Below are positions 62,001-64,000 of a stretch of 64,000 nucleotides of DNA, in pieces. The notes below the pieces were generated by a model. The model was given only the letters and a program-made list of their open reading frames with translations, did not search any database and was not told where the DNA came from. Position numbers and translations under genes: made by a program. Source of the DNA: Mobula hypostoma (Eukaryota); contig NC_086097.1 of the NCBI RefSeq assembly GCF_963921235.1, positions 192,884,001 through 192,948,000 on the forward strand, in the 5' to 3' direction. Numbering within the stretch: the stretch's first letter is position 1; every line of letters begins with the position of its first letter.

Positions 62001-64000
62001 CAAGGAAAGAAACCTAGAATTTGATATAACACCTTACAGTTAGGGAAGGAAGGAGGAGGTATGGTACTTCCTTGGTTGAGAAATTATTTTTATGCTTCAC
62101 AGATAACTCCTCTGTTATATTGGTGTAATAGGGAATATAAGGCTAGATGGAAGGAAATAGAATTTGGATTGGTTGACAGTTTTCCTCTACAGGCCTCAAT
62201 AGCAGACAAAGGATTGATGGCCCAATTGGAAAAGTTTAAAAACAGCTGGGTAAATCTTACATTAAAAATATGGCAGAAGGTGGTTAATTCATGTGGAATC
62301 AATAACATGTTAAAACTTTTCAGATGGTGTGCATATTATACCGAATTCCTTCCCAAAAGAGGAGATAAGAGATTTGAAATATGGATAAAGAAAGGTCTTA
62401 CAACCTACCTCTCATTTATACATAAAAGAGTATTACAAAGTTTCCAATCCCTGCAGGACAAACATGGCCTAGAACACAATGATTTTTTTAGGCACCTTCA
62501 AGTACGACACTATGTTAATCAGAGTTGTAGATATACAGACTTATCAACAGTAGAATTAGAATTTTTCAAGATTCTGAATTCAGCTTACAGTACAATACCA
62601 AGTAAATCAGTTTCTCGATTATATAATGCACTCTCCCATGCTAAAAATGTAAACACGTTGTATATTAAAGAGAGGGGGGAGAAAGAAGCGGGGTTGGTAC
62701 TTTCAGAGGAGGCTTGGGGGAATATATGCAGCTTTCAGTGGTCTTCGACTAAATCTTTGACTTGGAGAGAACATTGTTGGAAAAATATTATAAGATACTT
62801 CAAGACCCCATATCAGGAAAAATATAAAGACACAAACGTGATGTGTTGGAGAAGGTGTGGTTCCAAGGAGGCAAATCATTTCCATACTTTCTGGGATTGC
62901 CCTAAATTAAGTTTATACTGGAAAGGTATTCATAGAACATTAGTTAAGGTATTTAAAACCCAGATACCTCTGAACTTTGAGACGCTCTATTTGGGGCATG
63001 TATTGTTTCTTGAACAGAAGAAAGATATAAAGTTGCTGCAGGCCCTTTTAGCGGCAAGTAAGAAATCAATCACTAGAAAGTGGCTAAATCCGGTACCACC
63101 TACATTAAAAGATTGGCACGAAATTATCTAGGAAATATTTAAAATGGAAAAGATGACTTACTCTCTGAGAATTCAAAAAGAAAAATTTTATCAAATTTGG
63201 AATAAATGGATTCAATATATAACCCCAAAGCGAGCAGACTTTAGATGACTCTCCTAATGATTTATACTGCTCTTCTCATCAACCCAGTAATATTGCTAAC
63301 GTAAGCACTCCTGGTCTAAATGTTTCCCGTTTTTGTTTTCTTTTCTTTTTTTTTGGAAAATGGAGAATTAACACAAGTAAAGGAAAAGATTTGGGAAAGG
63401 GATAAAAAATGATAAAATTAAGTAAATAAGTACATAGGGATTGGATAATTATGTTTGGGGGTAGGAGCAAACATGAGCAAGTTAGGATATAAACACCTAC
63501 AATGGTAGTTACATAGGCTTACATACAACCTTTTGGACCAGAAGAAATGGTCCAGAAGAGATATGTGGAAATTATTATTAATCCACTATTATCACTATTT
63601 TTCTTAACAACTAATATCATTATTTAGCCTAATAGAATAGAATTTCAACTGTGCATAATTATCTATTTAAGTGTCTAATTTCTTTTTATATCATCTTAGG
63701 ATGATGTGTACTTAGGATTGTATAAATAATTATAGTATATACATATATAAAAAAAATGGAAAAGGTTATACATGTGAAAAAGTTCATGATACTTGTGAAT
63801 TCCGTATCCAAATAAAAATTAAAAATTTTAAAAATGAAAAGACAGGCAGGTAGGTGGGATGTTGGGGGGGGGGCACTGAAGGGAAAAAATGAAATTAGGT
63901 CCTTGGAAAGAGATGACATGGGGTCAGAAGGTGTAGAATCCTTGTGAGTAGTGTTACAAAACTGCAAGATTAAAAGGATCCTGATGGGAGTTATATACAG
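59030..64000 (+). mobile_element. CR1 5' portion (5'UTR, ORF1 zinc finger/coiled coil/esterase, start of ORF2), interrupted by an L1; runs off the window end
   Basis: CEMW..YICTKC..LERQLD; EDSIIRR, HIGTND; RNKGDDL..YDVVGISESWL to 60459; resumes at about 63837 with KDRQVG...VESL*V..MGVIY. Confidence 0.88.
60460..63836 (+). mobile_element. L1-clade LINE, 5'-truncated, lightly decayed
   Basis: [70 protein letters not shown] and A-rich end at about 63810. Confidence 0.93.

Noticed and set aside
1..64000. Host protein-coding gene, RNA gene or CRISPR array
   Set aside because: All recognisable ORFs are TE-derived or antisense shadows; there is no regularly spaced repeat-spacer array. Small exons cannot be excluded.

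Overview
Vertebrate genomic DNA, most likely a cartilaginous fish (inferred from the CR1 tails, Rex-Babar, Penelope and SINE repertoire). I found no host exon, RNA gene or CRISPR array. The window is a stack of nested transposable elements whose junctions can often be read base by base. Main elements: (1) a full-length Ty3/Gypsy provirus on the - strand (40672-50072) with 2 LTRs, a 4-bp TSD, PBS, PPT, a PNMA-like gag with two zinc knuckles, a -1 frameshift signal and a decayed pol, interrupted by a young CR1; (2) a very young 5'-truncated L1-clade insertion (29519-33090) with an open ORF2 and a 14-bp TSD; (3) two older L1s; (4) several CR1s, two with an esterase ORF1, one of which carries a solo LTR; (5) a Charlie/Buster hAT transposon split by a Rex-Babar LINE; (6) an RTE with a twin-priming-type 5' inversion; (7) a Vingi-like 3' fragment; (8) a tRNA-CORE-RTE SINE; (9) many Penelope-like remnants with hammerhead-ribozyme-type motifs, some inserted as short hairpins with TSDs. 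I cannot support a new host biological system. The interesting signals concern retroelement mechanism and architecture. Family names come from motif recognition, not database searches.
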